Shown here: positions 29,653 to 37,869 of the stretch, piece after piece
Layout of the letters: every line of letters begins with the position of its first letter
Numbering within the stretch: position 1 is the stretch's first letter
IMG/VR virus record: IMGVR_UViG_2061766007_000234
Strand: one strand, 5' to 3'
DNA: 54,482 nt
Source of the DNA: an uncultured virus (IMG/VR IMGVR_UViG_2061766007_000234)
Taxonomy: Duplodnaviria > Heunggongvirae > Uroviricota > Caudoviricetes
Notes under the pieces: model-generated
The model's input: only the letters and a program-made list of their open reading frames with translations
The model's database searches: none
Told to the model about the DNA's origin: nothing
Position numbers and translations under genes: made by a program

Positions 29653-30076
29653 AGCATTTATTCAGACGTATACAGGCCGCAAGGTCGATTATGACGGCGT
29701 TTTCGGAGCGCAGTGCGTGGATCTGTTCCGCCAGTTCTGCCATGACGTGCTGCAAATTCCGCATACCGGAAGCTGCTCTACAAGCGGCGGCGCAAAGGAT
29801 TTGTTCCTTGATTACGACAAGATGCCGCTTGAAAAGAAGTATTTCACGCGCATCAAGGAATCAAGGTCTGCAAAATACCGCGCCGGAGATGTACTCGTAT
29901 TCGATGCGACGGACAAGAACGAGTTCGGCCATGTGGCGCTTCTGGTGTCTGTTTTCGATGATGATTCGTTTATCTGTTTTGAACAGAACGGAATCAAGCA
30001 GGACGGCGCAAAGCTGGTTCTTCGTGACAGAACGAACATGCTCGGCGCTTTGAGAAGTGTAAAGGAGGTAGCATGA
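29642..30076 (+). CDS. Endolysin, CHAP domain
   Basis: 'DYDGVFGAQCVDL', 'GHVA', 'EQNG'. Confidence 0.85.
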   Translation: MKYKAFIQTYTGRKVDYDGVFGAQCVDLFRQFCHDVLQIPHTGSCSTSGGAKDLFLDYDKMPLEKKYFTRIKESRSAKYRAGDVLVFDATDKNEFGHVALLVSVFDDDSFICFEQNGIKQDGAKLVLRDRTNMLGALRSVKEVA

Positions 30077-30624
30077 AATGCCCAAAATCTTTTTCATTCT
30101 TGCCGTCATTGCGGCGGCATTTTTCTGCAGCGCTTGCGCTAGTATTAGTTCTGATGCTGTGTGGAATGATGCAGCTATGGTCACAAGACTTCAATCAGAG
30201 CTCGACGCCGCAAACGCAAGAATCGCAGACCTCGAAGGACGGCAGCAATCCGCTCTTGCCGTTGTTGAGCGAACAGATGAGCGGTTTGCAGAGCTTGGAA
30301 GAATTTCTGCAGCAGAGGGAGCAACTCTATCAGGACTCATTGAAAGACAACGCCGGATTGAGGAGCTTGTTGCAGCAATCTGGGGAGACTATATCAGACT
30401 TAAAGACGGGCTGGGAGGAAGCGACGGCGACGGCACGGCAGATGGGGGAACGGCTCAAGCAAGCGGATATGGAAGTGGCGGAACTGACGGCGAAAAATCT
30501 CCGCCTTGAGAAAAAGATAGCGAAGCAGAGCACTGTCATTGCCGTGCTCGCCGGTATCCTTATTGTCATAGCACTTGTTCTGGTTTTCCGAATCATTATG
30601 AAGGTGAAGAAGATCATTCCATGA
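30073..30624 (+). CDS. Spanin-like coiled-coil membrane protein
   Basis: N-terminal hydrophobic segment, coiled coil, C-terminal TM; follows the endolysin. Confidence 0.6.
   Translation: MKCPKSFSFLPSLRRHFSAALALVLVLMLCGMMQLWSQDFNQSSTPQTQESQTSKDGSNPLLPLLSEQMSGLQSLEEFLQQREQLYQDSLKDNAGLRSLLQQSGETISDLKTGWEEATATARQMGERLKQADMEVAELTAKNLRLEKKIAKQSTVIAVLAGILIVIALVLVFRIIMKVKKIIP
30078..30509 (+). CDS. Spanin-like lipoprotein nested in 30073-30624
   Basis: Signal peptide ending FFCSAC (lipobox), coiled coil. Confidence 0.6.
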   Translation: MPKIFFILAVIAAAFFCSACASISSDAVWNDAAMVTRLQSELDAANARIADLEGRQQSALAVVERTDERFAELGRISAAEGATLSGLIERQRRIEELVAAIWGDYIRLKDGLGGSDGDGTADGGTAQASGYGSGGTDGEKSPP

Positions 30625-30692
30625 TTGATTTTTTTAGCTTTACAATTTGCCGAAAAAATACGAAAATCTATAAAAAGATAACGAGGTAACGT

Positions 30693-30872
30693 ATGACATT
30701 AGACGCAGAAAGCCAGCACAAAGAATCCTTGGACGTGTTCATCCGTGCGCTACAGGCTGCTCCCGATTCGCTTATAAAGTCGCTTACCGGCAAAGAATTC
30801 GCCCATCATGTAATAGACGGCGCGAAGGAAATCGAGAATTTTATCTACTCGGACAGCCCCAAAAGCAAGTAG
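30693..30872 (+). CDS. 59-aa hypothetical protein (below the ORF-track cutoff)
   Basis: GAGGT RBS; MTLDAESQHKESLDVFIRALQ…SPKSK*. Confidence 0.55.
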   Translation: MTLDAESQHKESLDVFIRALQAAPDSLIKSLTGKEFAHHVIDGAKEIENFIYSDSPKSK

Positions 30873-31125
30873 ATTTTTGTAGGTAATTTGTAAGCAATAA
30901 GCCAAGAAAAACCGCTATCTAATCTAGTGTTAGAATGGATAGCGGTTTATTTATTTATTACTATGCAAAACTTGCAAATCTTTAATTAACTTTATTCATA
31001 TTTATTTATAATTACTTAACTTTCTTTATTATAAAGAATTAAATATTTTGTTTTAATATTTTTGTTGTGTATTTTTGCGCTTTGTTATACAATAATTGTT
31101 AGATTTTTGTAGGCTATTTGTTGGC
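30870..31125. other. Putative attP region
   Basis: Direct repeats TAGATTTTTGTAGG(T/C)(A/T)ATTTGT(A/T)(A/G)GC at 30870-30895 and 31100-31125 flanking an AT-rich spacer with the inverted repeat AACCGCTATC…GATAGCGGTT; adjacent to the integrase. Confidence 0.55.
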
Positions 31126-31142
31126 TGCTGCCGGAGGTCAAT

Positions 31143-32204
31143 ATGAGCGTAAAAGTACGCGAACAGCGCGGAAAGCTGTATCTCGATATTTATCACAACG
31201 GAACACGAAAATGGGAGTCGCTGCACATAACATTGAGCGACGACAAGAAGCGGAACAAGGAGCTGTACAGGCTCGCCGAGGTCTGCCGCACCAAGCGCGA
31301 GGCGCAGCTTCTTTCTGGTGAATGGGACATAAAGGGCGACGGAGCCGACCGGATTACGCTCGCCGGATATGTCAGGAACTACGCCAAGAACACGAACACA
31401 AAATCAATGACAGTTCTTGCCCGTCATATTGAAAGTTTCGACAACGGGGCTGTGATCCGCATCGGGCAGGTAACTTCCAAATGGATAGAGGATTTTCAGA
31501 CATACCTTCTGCACAGGACAAAGCCGAACGGCAAGCCCATCTCGCAGTCTAGCGTAGGCGCGTACATGAGGCTTCTGCGTGCGGTTTTCCGCAAAGCCGC
31601 CGCCGAAGGCACTATAAGCCGGGACCCCGTGGTTCCGGTTACCCTTACAAAAGTTATAGACCCGGAGATGGTCTTTCTGACTGCAGAAGAATTGAAGCAG
31701 CTTGCATCTGTTGTGCCGGAATCTGATTTCGGCAAGGAAGTGCGGCGGGCGTTCATCTTTGCGTGCTTTACGGGCTTGCGCGTTTCTGACGTTGAATCTC
31801 TCTCTTGGGGAATGATTGAGCGCGACCCGCCGCAGATAATCAAGCGGCAGAAAAAGACCAGGAGCACAGTCTATATTCCGCTGAACAAGACCGCGGAAAG
31901 CCTTATCTTTGACGGAACGGAACACACGCCCGACGAGCGTGTCTTTGCGCTTGACGGCAAGACCGGAATAGACAGAAGCTACAGGACGCTGAAAACTTGG
32001 GCAGAAGAAGCCGGAATACAGAAGAAAATCGGCTGGCATACGGCGCGGCGCACGTTCGCCACGCTTACACTGGGGCACGGAGCTGATGCTGTTACGGTGG
32101 CGCGTCTGCTCGGCCATACAGGGCTTAGCCAGGTGATGAAGTACGCCAAAGCGACAGACGAAATGAAGCGCCGAGCGGTTGATGCACTGCCGGACGTGCT
32201 ATGA
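31143..32204 (+). CDS. int: Tyrosine integrase
   Basis: 'TGLRVSD', 'QKKT', 'HTARRTFAT', 'LLGH', catalytic Y in 'MKYAK'. Confidence 0.95.
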   Translation: MSVKVREQRGKLYLDIYHNGTRKWESLHITLSDDKKRNKELYRLAEVCRTKREAQLLSGEWDIKGDGADRITLAGYVRNYAKNTNTKSMTVLARHIESFDNGAVIRIGQVTSKWIEDFQTYLLHRTKPNGKPISQSSVGAYMRLLRAVFRKAAAEGTISRDPVVPVTLTKVIDPEMVFLTAEELKQLASVVPESDFGKEVRRAFIFACFTGLRVSDVESLSWGMIERDPPQIIKRQKKTRSTVYIPLNKTAESLIFDGTEHTPDERVFALDGKTGIDRSYRTLKTWAEEAGIQKKIGWHTARRTFATLTLGHGADAVTVARLLGHTGLSQVMKYAKATDEMKRRAVDALPDVL

Positions 32205-32390
32205 CATGGGTATGTTATCCGATGCCGATAGGACGGCATATATATGCCATATATACGGCATACCTATGACATCGGACGGCGATATATCGGCATCCGATGT
32301 CGATATATCGGTGTTCAATAACTATAATACTTAATACTAAATTCTAAATTCTTAATACTAAATTCTAAATACTAAATTTAAATACTTAAT
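32205..32390. repeat. Iteron-like array plus AT-rich 7-mer repeats; copy B, related to 7801-8232
   Basis: GGCATATATATGCC, CATACCTATGACATCGGACG, CGATATATCG, then AATAACTATAATACTTAATACT and TAAAT(A/T)C repeats. Confidence 0.8.
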
Positions 32391-32468
32391 GCATTTTTGA
32401 ATGGTCATGCATGACCATCCAAAAGATGCGGAACATGCGTCTTTACTTGAATCAGTAGCGGTCGGCTA

Positions 32469-32843
32469 TCAGATAATATTTTGTGAACTTTCCTTTTCCA
32501 ACTTAAAGCAGAGCGCCTTGTATGCCTCTACGTTGTCTTTGATTATTTTTTGATATTCGGCTGGCAGCCTGCTTATGTCTTGGGCAAGTTCAAGAATTTC
32601 CGGCGGCGGCAGTTTGGTGTCAGCTTGAGAAAACTCTTTTCCAGTGATGAGCCATTCAAGCGAAACGTTTAAATACTTTGATATTTGCAATGCTATATCA
32701 GCAGCTGGAATAGAATCTCTGCGTTTCCAGTCTGTAAAAGCCTGTACTGATTGCCCGATTTCTTCTGCAAGGGCAAGTCTTTTTATATTCTTTTTTTTAA
32801 GAATTATATCAATTCTCTCTACAAACTCTTTCCCATTAGCCAT
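32469..32843 (-). CDS. CI-like XRE-family repressor
   Basis: HTH 'LAEEIGQSVQAFTDWKRRDSIP…VSLEWLITG'; divergent from the early operon. Confidence 0.85.
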   Translation of the reverse strand: MANGKEFVERIDIILKKKNIKRLALAEEIGQSVQAFTDWKRRDSIPAADIALQISKYLNVSLEWLITGKEFSQADTKLPPPEILELAQDISRLPAEYQKIIKDNVEAYKALCFKLEKESSQNII

Positions 32844-32865
32844 TCTTTTTATTTTCGTAAAAAAA

Positions 32866-32944
32866 CAAGCAAATTGCCACAAATTTTGCTTGACAGTTCA
32901 AGCAGATTGCTTTATGTTTAATTTAACAGCAAGCAAAATGCTTG
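32866..32944. promoter_or_regulatory. Operator array overlapping the rightward promoter
   Basis: CAAGCA-N3-TGCTTG consensus at 32866, 32899, 32930 (perfect), half-site at 32887-32892; TTGACA (32890)-17 bp-TATGTT (32913). Confidence 0.75.
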
Positions 32945-32949
32945 ATTTC

Positions 32950-33022
32950 GGAACAGGGTACCCTGTTCGCAGGTCTTGACAAAGCCCTGCGAACAAAACC
33001 GCCTGACGGCGGACGTTGTTCC
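32950..33022. ncRNA. Candidate C4/CI-like three-way-junction RNA (unit 1)
   Basis: Closing stem GGAACAG/TTGTTCC with two hairpins whose loops are complementary to 34045-34113. Confidence 0.5.
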
Positions 33023-33209
33023 AATTGGCTTTCTGTGCCGGCAGAAAGTGATATGAAACAGTTAATTCGAGGCTTGTTAAACAGGCAGGAGTTCCGGCAG
33101 ATTTCCTGCACATCTGTTTTTCATGCCTCTTTTTTTTGAACATTGCAGGTTAAACCCTGCTGACCGGCGGCTGGCTACTGCCGGAATAAAAGAACCGATA
33201 AGACAGAAG

Positions 33210-33288
33210 AACCCATAAACCAAGGGGAAGTTCCGTATTATCGGGCGGAACATTCTGCAAAGCCAGCAGACCCCTTGATTTATGGGTT
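33210..33288 (+). ncRNA. Candidate C4-like antisense RNA (unit 2)
   Basis: 18-bp closing stem with one mismatch; loops TTATCGG and AGCCAGC complementary to upstream CCGATAA (33195) and GCTGGCT (33170). Confidence 0.6.
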
Positions 33289-33325
33289 TTTTATTTCCCG
33301 CCAAAAAGCGGAAGGAGAAAAGGAC

Positions 33326-34033
33326 ATGGTGCAGCGTGAAACAACTACAGAAATCCAAACTGTCCAGACTTGGGAAAACAGCGAGTTTGGAAGCGTGCGT
33401 ACTGTAATGCAGAAAAACGAACCTTGGTTCGTTGCGAAGGATGTCGCTTTGATTCTTGGCTTCAAGCAAGCAAATGATATGACCAAGCGGCTTGATGAAG
33501 ATGAAAAGGGTCGGACTATTAGTCCGACCCTGCGCGGAAGCCAGAAAGTTCAAATCATAAATGAAAGCGGGCTGTATCATGCAATCTTCATGAGCAGAAA
33601 AACGGAGGCTAAAACCTTTCGCCGCTGGGTTACGGAAGAAGTGCTTCCCGCGATACGCCGGACTGGTTCCTTCGGACAAGCCGCACGGCCGGTAACTCTT
33701 GAAGAGTTTGAAAAGTTTGCGGATAGGCTGACTGACCGCATTTCTATGCTTGAGCAGAATGCAGTCAGAGGAAATGCGGCCGCACCTGACGTTCCGGATT
33801 TTTCTGATGCACGTGAATGTGTCGTTGCGCTCGTAAAGAAAGCGGCAAAAGAAAACTGCATGAGCGAACGCGAGATATGGAGCGACCTTTACCGCAGCTA
33901 TGAAAAGATAACCGGAATTCCGCTTATGAAGAGCGCAAGGGCTCTGGGCATGAGCGTGATTTCTTATGTTGACCTTATCGGCCGCATGGAAAACTTGAAG
34001 CGGTTCGCCGAGCAGGTGCTCTGGTTCGTTTAG
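33326..34033 (+). CDS. Bro-N family antirepressor
   Basis: 'FGSVRTV', 'EPWFVAKDVA', 'INESGLY', 'FRRWVTEEVLPAIRRTG'. Confidence 0.9.
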   Translation: MVQRETTTEIQTVQTWENSEFGSVRTVMQKNEPWFVAKDVALILGFKQANDMTKRLDEDEKGRTISPTLRGSQKVQIINESGLYHAIFMSRKTEAKTFRRWVTEEVLPAIRRTGSFGQAARPVTLEEFEKFADRLTDRISMLEQNAVRGNAAAPDVPDFSDARECVVALVKKAAKENCMSEREIWSDLYRSYEKITGIPLMKSARALGMSVISYVDLIGRMENLKRFAEQVLWFV

Positions 34034-34137
34034 GGCAAAAAAAACGCCCTGTCAGGGCGGAACAAATAAACCTTTTGGGAGGAATCCCCGCACTACTTAT
34101 CCGTCAAGACCTGTCGTGCGGGGCAAGTGAAACACTT

Positions 34138-34305
34138 ATGGACAGTGTAGCAGAAAAAGCCGCCGTTAGTAAAGACGGCGCACAGGTGGTGAACGCAAGG
34201 CTTATGGAGCTTATAAGCGCGCTCAGCAAGTCGGGTTTCCGCGTGCTAAAAATCGACACGAACGGAACTGAATACAATCTTATGATCCGCGACACGGCGG
34301 ATTAA
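34138..34305 (+). CDS. Small hypothetical protein
   Basis: ORF MDSVAEKAAV… between ant and the next gene; weak RBS. Confidence 0.4.
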   Translation: MDSVAEKAAVSKDGAQVVNARLMELISALSKSGFRVLKIDTNGTEYNLMIRDTAD

Positions 34306-34328
34306 CTGCAGGTTCTGGGAGGGGCTGT

Positions 34329-34671
34329 ATGTTGAACGTAACGGGTGTAGCGGATTGTTTTCCGCGCGGGCTTTTTTGAGGCTTATGCGCAGAAGAAAAT
34401 TACAAAGTCGCAGTTTCTGTTTTCTTTTTCCGTATGGCAGAAGAAGCACGGGACCAACTACGACACAAAGGGCTTTGTATCTGCCGGTGCCCTGTATCTG
34501 ATGTACCGGGGAATCGGCGGCGAAGTCTATAACGGCAGAATCTTTTTTAACCTAGGCAACAAAACTTATTTAGTCGGAAATATTTTCGAATTCCGGCGAA
34601 GAGTTGATTTTGCCATGCTTGAAAAAAAGCTGTGGGAAGGAGGCAGCGGATGCACGGAGGTGACTCTGTAA
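34329..34671 (+). pseudogene. Frameshifted hypothetical gene (about 113 codons)
   Basis: GGAGG RBS + ATG 34329 stops right after a T6 run; the +1 frame continues open to TAA 34671. Confidence 0.5.
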
Positions 34672-34919
34672 GGCTTAACGAAAGACCTATAAGGATTTCG
34701 CAGGTGGCTGACTTAACAGGCTATTCGACCAGCCATTTGTATAAGTTGGTGCGCGAAGGGAAAATTCCGTTTCACAAGAACGGCCGTGCCGGAGGCAAGG
34801 GTGCAGTCCGGTTTTACGCAAGCGAGATTAACGACTGGATTAAGAACTGCTGGATTTTCTCGCCCGCGCAGACCGACCTTGACGCACAGGCAGATAAGAT
34901 TCTGGAGGGCATGAAATGA
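34650..34919 (+). CDS. Excisionase/AlpA-like HTH protein
   Basis: 'ISQVADLTGYSTSHLYKLVREGKIP…VRF…EINDW'. Confidence 0.8.
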   Translation: MHGGDSVRLNERPIRISQVADLTGYSTSHLYKLVREGKIPFHKNGRAGGKGAVRFYASEINDWIKNCWIFSPAQTDLDAQADKILEGMK

Positions 34920-35308
34920 TGAACATAAGGCGGAACGTAAGCCGCGAGAAGCACGATGAGCTTGTACGGCATGTAAAAGAAAACGAGATACTGCGCCAGG
35001 TTGAGGAATGGCTCACCGCGCGGCATATCTGGCACATGAGGCTCAATAATGCGGCGGGCAAGGCACAAAGCGGTCAGTTCATGCGCTCGTTTACCTGCAA
35101 CGGACATGCGGTTTGCGGTGTGAGCGACATTTATGCCGTCAAAGACGGTGTTTCGCTCTGGATTGAGGTCAAGAGACCAGTAGGCGGCAAAGTTTCTGAC
35201 GCGCAGCGCAATTTTCTTGATGCAATGAACAGAAACGGCGCGGTGGGAATCGTGGTGAACTCGATTGAGAATCTTGAAGAACAGCTTAAAGAAGCGGGGG
35301 TTATATGA
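34916..35308 (+). CDS. VRR-NUC nuclease (resolvase-like)
   Basis: 'GVSDI…WIEVKRPVGGKVSDAQRNF'. Confidence 0.85.
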   Translation: MMNIRRNVSREKHDELVRHVKENEILRQVEEWLTARHIWHMRLNNAAGKAQSGQFMRSFTCNGHAVCGVSDIYAVKDGVSLWIEVKRPVGGKVSDAQRNFLDAMNRNGAVGIVVNSIENLEEQLKEAGVI

Positions 35309-35517
35309 GCGGTTTGGAAGCATGCAGGCGTTTCGTAAAGGAACGTGGGCTTGAGGGTAAAGAAGCTGAAATTGCAGAAGAAGCATTTCATGATGGTTGG
35401 ATGTTCTGTTATGAACAGGCAAAGAACGCAGAGTTTAGCTTTATGGGAGAAAGAAGAAGATGGCGGCTGAGATTGTTTGGAAGGTTATTCCCCAGACGTG
35501 CGGGCTGTACGAAGTGA
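35305..35517 (+). CDS. Hypothetical protein
   Basis: ATGA coupling to the upstream gene. Confidence 0.5.
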   Translation: MSGLEACRRFVKERGLEGKEAEIAEEAFHDGWMFCYEQAKNAEFSFMGERRRWRLRLFGRLFPRRAGCTK

Positions 35518-36008
35518 GTAACTTCGGCGACGTCCGCGAAAGCGAAACAGAAAAGGCGCTTACGGTGAGCGTAAACAGCAAGGGCTACGCGATTGTGTCT
35601 TTGCCCAAGGTCAAGAAGATGCTGACAGTTCACCGCGTTGTGGCCGAGCTGTTCGTGCCCAAGCCCACCGGCAACGGCAACAGGCTTGACTGTCTGCAGG
35701 TGGACCACATAGACGGCGCACGGCTTAACAACGATGCGCGGAACCTTCGGTGGGTTACGGCGAGCGAGAACCGGAAAAACGCCCACCGCCGTGGTAAATA
35801 CCACATGCACACAGGTAAGGCAATAAAGCGCATCTGCATCAAGACCGGCGAGGTCATGGTGTTCGACACGCTGATTGAGGCGGCGGCAAGCGTGGGTATG
35901 GGCTGGTCAAGCGTTTCCGAAAGGTTGCAGACAGGCAGACCGACTAAGAGCGGCTACCTTTTCAAATACACCAAGAAAGCGGGGAAAGCTGAAAATGTTG
36001 AAAAATGA
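35460..36008 (+). CDS. NUMOD4-HNH homing endonuclease-like protein
   Basis: 'YEVSNFGDVR', 'VHRVVAELF', 'VDHIDG…NN…NLRW'. Confidence 0.85.
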   Translation: MAAEIVWKVIPQTCGLYEVSNFGDVRESETEKALTVSVNSKGYAIVSLPKVKKMLTVHRVVAELFVPKPTGNGNRLDCLQVDHIDGARLNNDARNLRWVTASENRKNAHRRGKYHMHTGKAIKRICIKTGEVMVFDTLIEAAASVGMGWSSVSERLQTGRPTKSGYLFKYTKKAGKAENVEK

Positions 36009-36228
36009 AGAGCTGAAAGTATTTGTTGAGCGCGTAATGCAGATGCGCAGCGTGCAGAAGGAATTTTTCCGCACAAGGAATTATTCGTTGATGCAGCAGT
36101 CAAAGGCTCTTGAAAAAGAGGTTGACGACAGGGCTTTAAAGCTGATGGCTCAGTTTAAAGAAGAGGAACAGGCGGAACTGAACAAGAAGCAGCCTATGTT
36201 GTTCGGAGACCATATTGCAAATGGCTGA
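35995..36228 (+). CDS. Hypothetical phage protein
   Basis: 'MRSVQKEFFRTR…SKALEKEVD'; overlaps both neighbours in operon fashion. Confidence 0.6.
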   Translation: MLKNEELKVFVERVMQMRSVQKEFFRTRNYSLMQQSKALEKEVDDRALKLMAQFKEEEQAELNKKQPMLFGDHIANG

Positions 36229-37768
36229 ATTCAAGCTGCGCTATCATCAGCAGGCCGTTGTGGACGCTTGCCGCGATATTCTCAACGGCGGGGAGATTGC
36301 GGAAATCGTCCTTTCGGTAACGCCCGGCGGCGGTAAATCGTTTGTGCCGGTAATTCTTGCGGAAAACCTTATTCCGAGGATTGCCGACCGGATCTGCTGG
36401 GTTGTTCCGAGGAACGCGCTCAAATACCAGGGCGAGGCTGAATTTACTGACCCGCGCTGGAACACAGACAAGCGCGTAAGAGCCGCAGACAACGGCGACG
36501 ACTTGTCGAGAGGGCTTCAAGGGTATGTCACTACCTATCAGGCGGTCGGAATGAATCCCGCCTGCCATGAGGCGGAGTTCAGCAAGCACAGGTACATTCT
36601 GTTTCTTGACGAATGTCACCATGTGGCGGACGGCTCTGAATGGCATAAGGCGCTTGAGCCTATGGTTAGAAAAGCGGTGCTTGTCGTAAAGGCAAGCGGA
36701 ACGCTTTCGCGCGGTGACGGTCAGAAAATAGCGTTCATGGCTTACAAGGACGGTAAGCCGGAACTGTCAGGCAATGAAAAGCGGCGCGTCATTATCTACG
36801 GCCGGAACAGGGCGATTGCTGACAAGGCAATACTTCCCGTTGAGTTCCGCACGGTAGACGGCGAAGCCGAATGGGAGGAGCTGGACGGCGCACACGGCGT
36901 GTCCAGGCTCTCTGGGGAAGAAAGCGCAAAGGCATTGTTCACTGCCCTGCGCACGGAGTTTGCGGACTATCTGCTTGATTCCGCGCTCGCCGAGTTCCGC
37001 CTTATGCGGGCGGAATATGCGGATGCGAAGATGCTTGTCGTAGCACCGAACATCGAGATTGCAAAAGCGTACTGGTCGCATCTTGCAGACTGCGGTTATG
37101 AGACGCGGATAGCAACGAGCGAAGACACGCCGCTTGCAAGGCGCAATCTTGACGACTTCAAGCGCGGTGTTTACCGCGTGCTCGTTACGGTTGCTATGGC
37201 TTACGAAGGTCTGAATGTGCCGGAGGTGGCTTGCATCTGCTGCCTTTCGCACATCCGCTCCGTGCCGTGGCTTGAGCAGTGCTTTGCAAGGGCAAACAGG
37301 CTTGCGCCCGGAAAGACACGGGCTGTCTGCTTTGCACCTGCTGACTGGGCTTTTAAAAAAGCGGTCGGAATGATACGGCGCGAGGAACTTGTGCCTCTTT
37401 CCGACGGCCAGCAGGAGCTTGCGCTTGGCGGCGGGCGGAACGAATCGAACGGCAGCGGAAACGCGCGGCCGTGGATTATTCCGCTTTCTTCAAGCGCTGA
37501 AGGTGCGGACGGCTTTGCGGCAGAGAAAAAGCCGGAGCTTCCGCCGTGTCCGCCGAGCGAGATGGAAAAGATTCTGCGCAAGAACATCAGCGGAATCATA
37601 AGCGCCTATCTTGACGGTGTGAACAACGGAAGCAAGCAAGTTTACAGCAAGATGCTGTACCGCAGAATGCGGCTTGTAGTTCCCAAGCCTGTTTCTGAAA
37701 TGAACGGCAGGGAACTTGAGAAAGTGTGGATCTGGCTTCGCCGTGAATACGGCGTTGACAAGAAATAA
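36221..37768 (+). CDS. SF2 DExH helicase
   Basis: 'TPGGGKS', 'DECHH', 'SGT', 'EGLNVP', 'ARANR'. Confidence 0.9.
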   Translation: MAEFKLRYHQQAVVDACRDILNGGEIAEIVLSVTPGGGKSFVPVILAENLIPRIADRICWVVPRNALKYQGEAEFTDPRWNTDKRVRAADNGDDLSRGLQGYVTTYQAVGMNPACHEAEFSKHRYILFLDECHHVADGSEWHKALEPMVRKAVLVVKASGTLSRGDGQKIAFMAYKDGKPELSGNEKRRVIIYGRNRAIADKAILPVEFRTVDGEAEWEELDGAHGVSRLSGEESAKALFTALRTEFADYLLDSALAEFRLMRAEYADAKMLVVAPNIEIAKAYWSHLADCGYETRIATSEDTPLARRNLDDFKRGVYRVLVTVAMAYEGLNVPEVACICCLSHIRSVPWLEQCFARANRLAPGKTRAVCFAPADWAFKKAVGMIRREELVPLSDGQQELALGGGRNESNGSGNARPWIIPLSSSAEGADGFAAEKKPELPPCPPSEMEKILRKNISGIISAYLDGVNNGSKQVYSKMLYRRMRLVVPKPVSEMNGRELEKVWIWLRREYGVDKK

Positions 37769-37869
37769 GACGTTGTTTCTTCAAGATTCTTGGGCTTAAG
37801 CCCTTGAAGAATAACGTAACAACCTTAAGCTACGACAAAACGGCGGAACTGCCGCCAAGGAGAAGTTAG

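Noticed and set aside
32401..32418. Protelomerase (telRL) site
   Set aside because: The perfect palindrome is only 18 bp and no protelomerase is recognisable; the recombinase is an ordinary integrase
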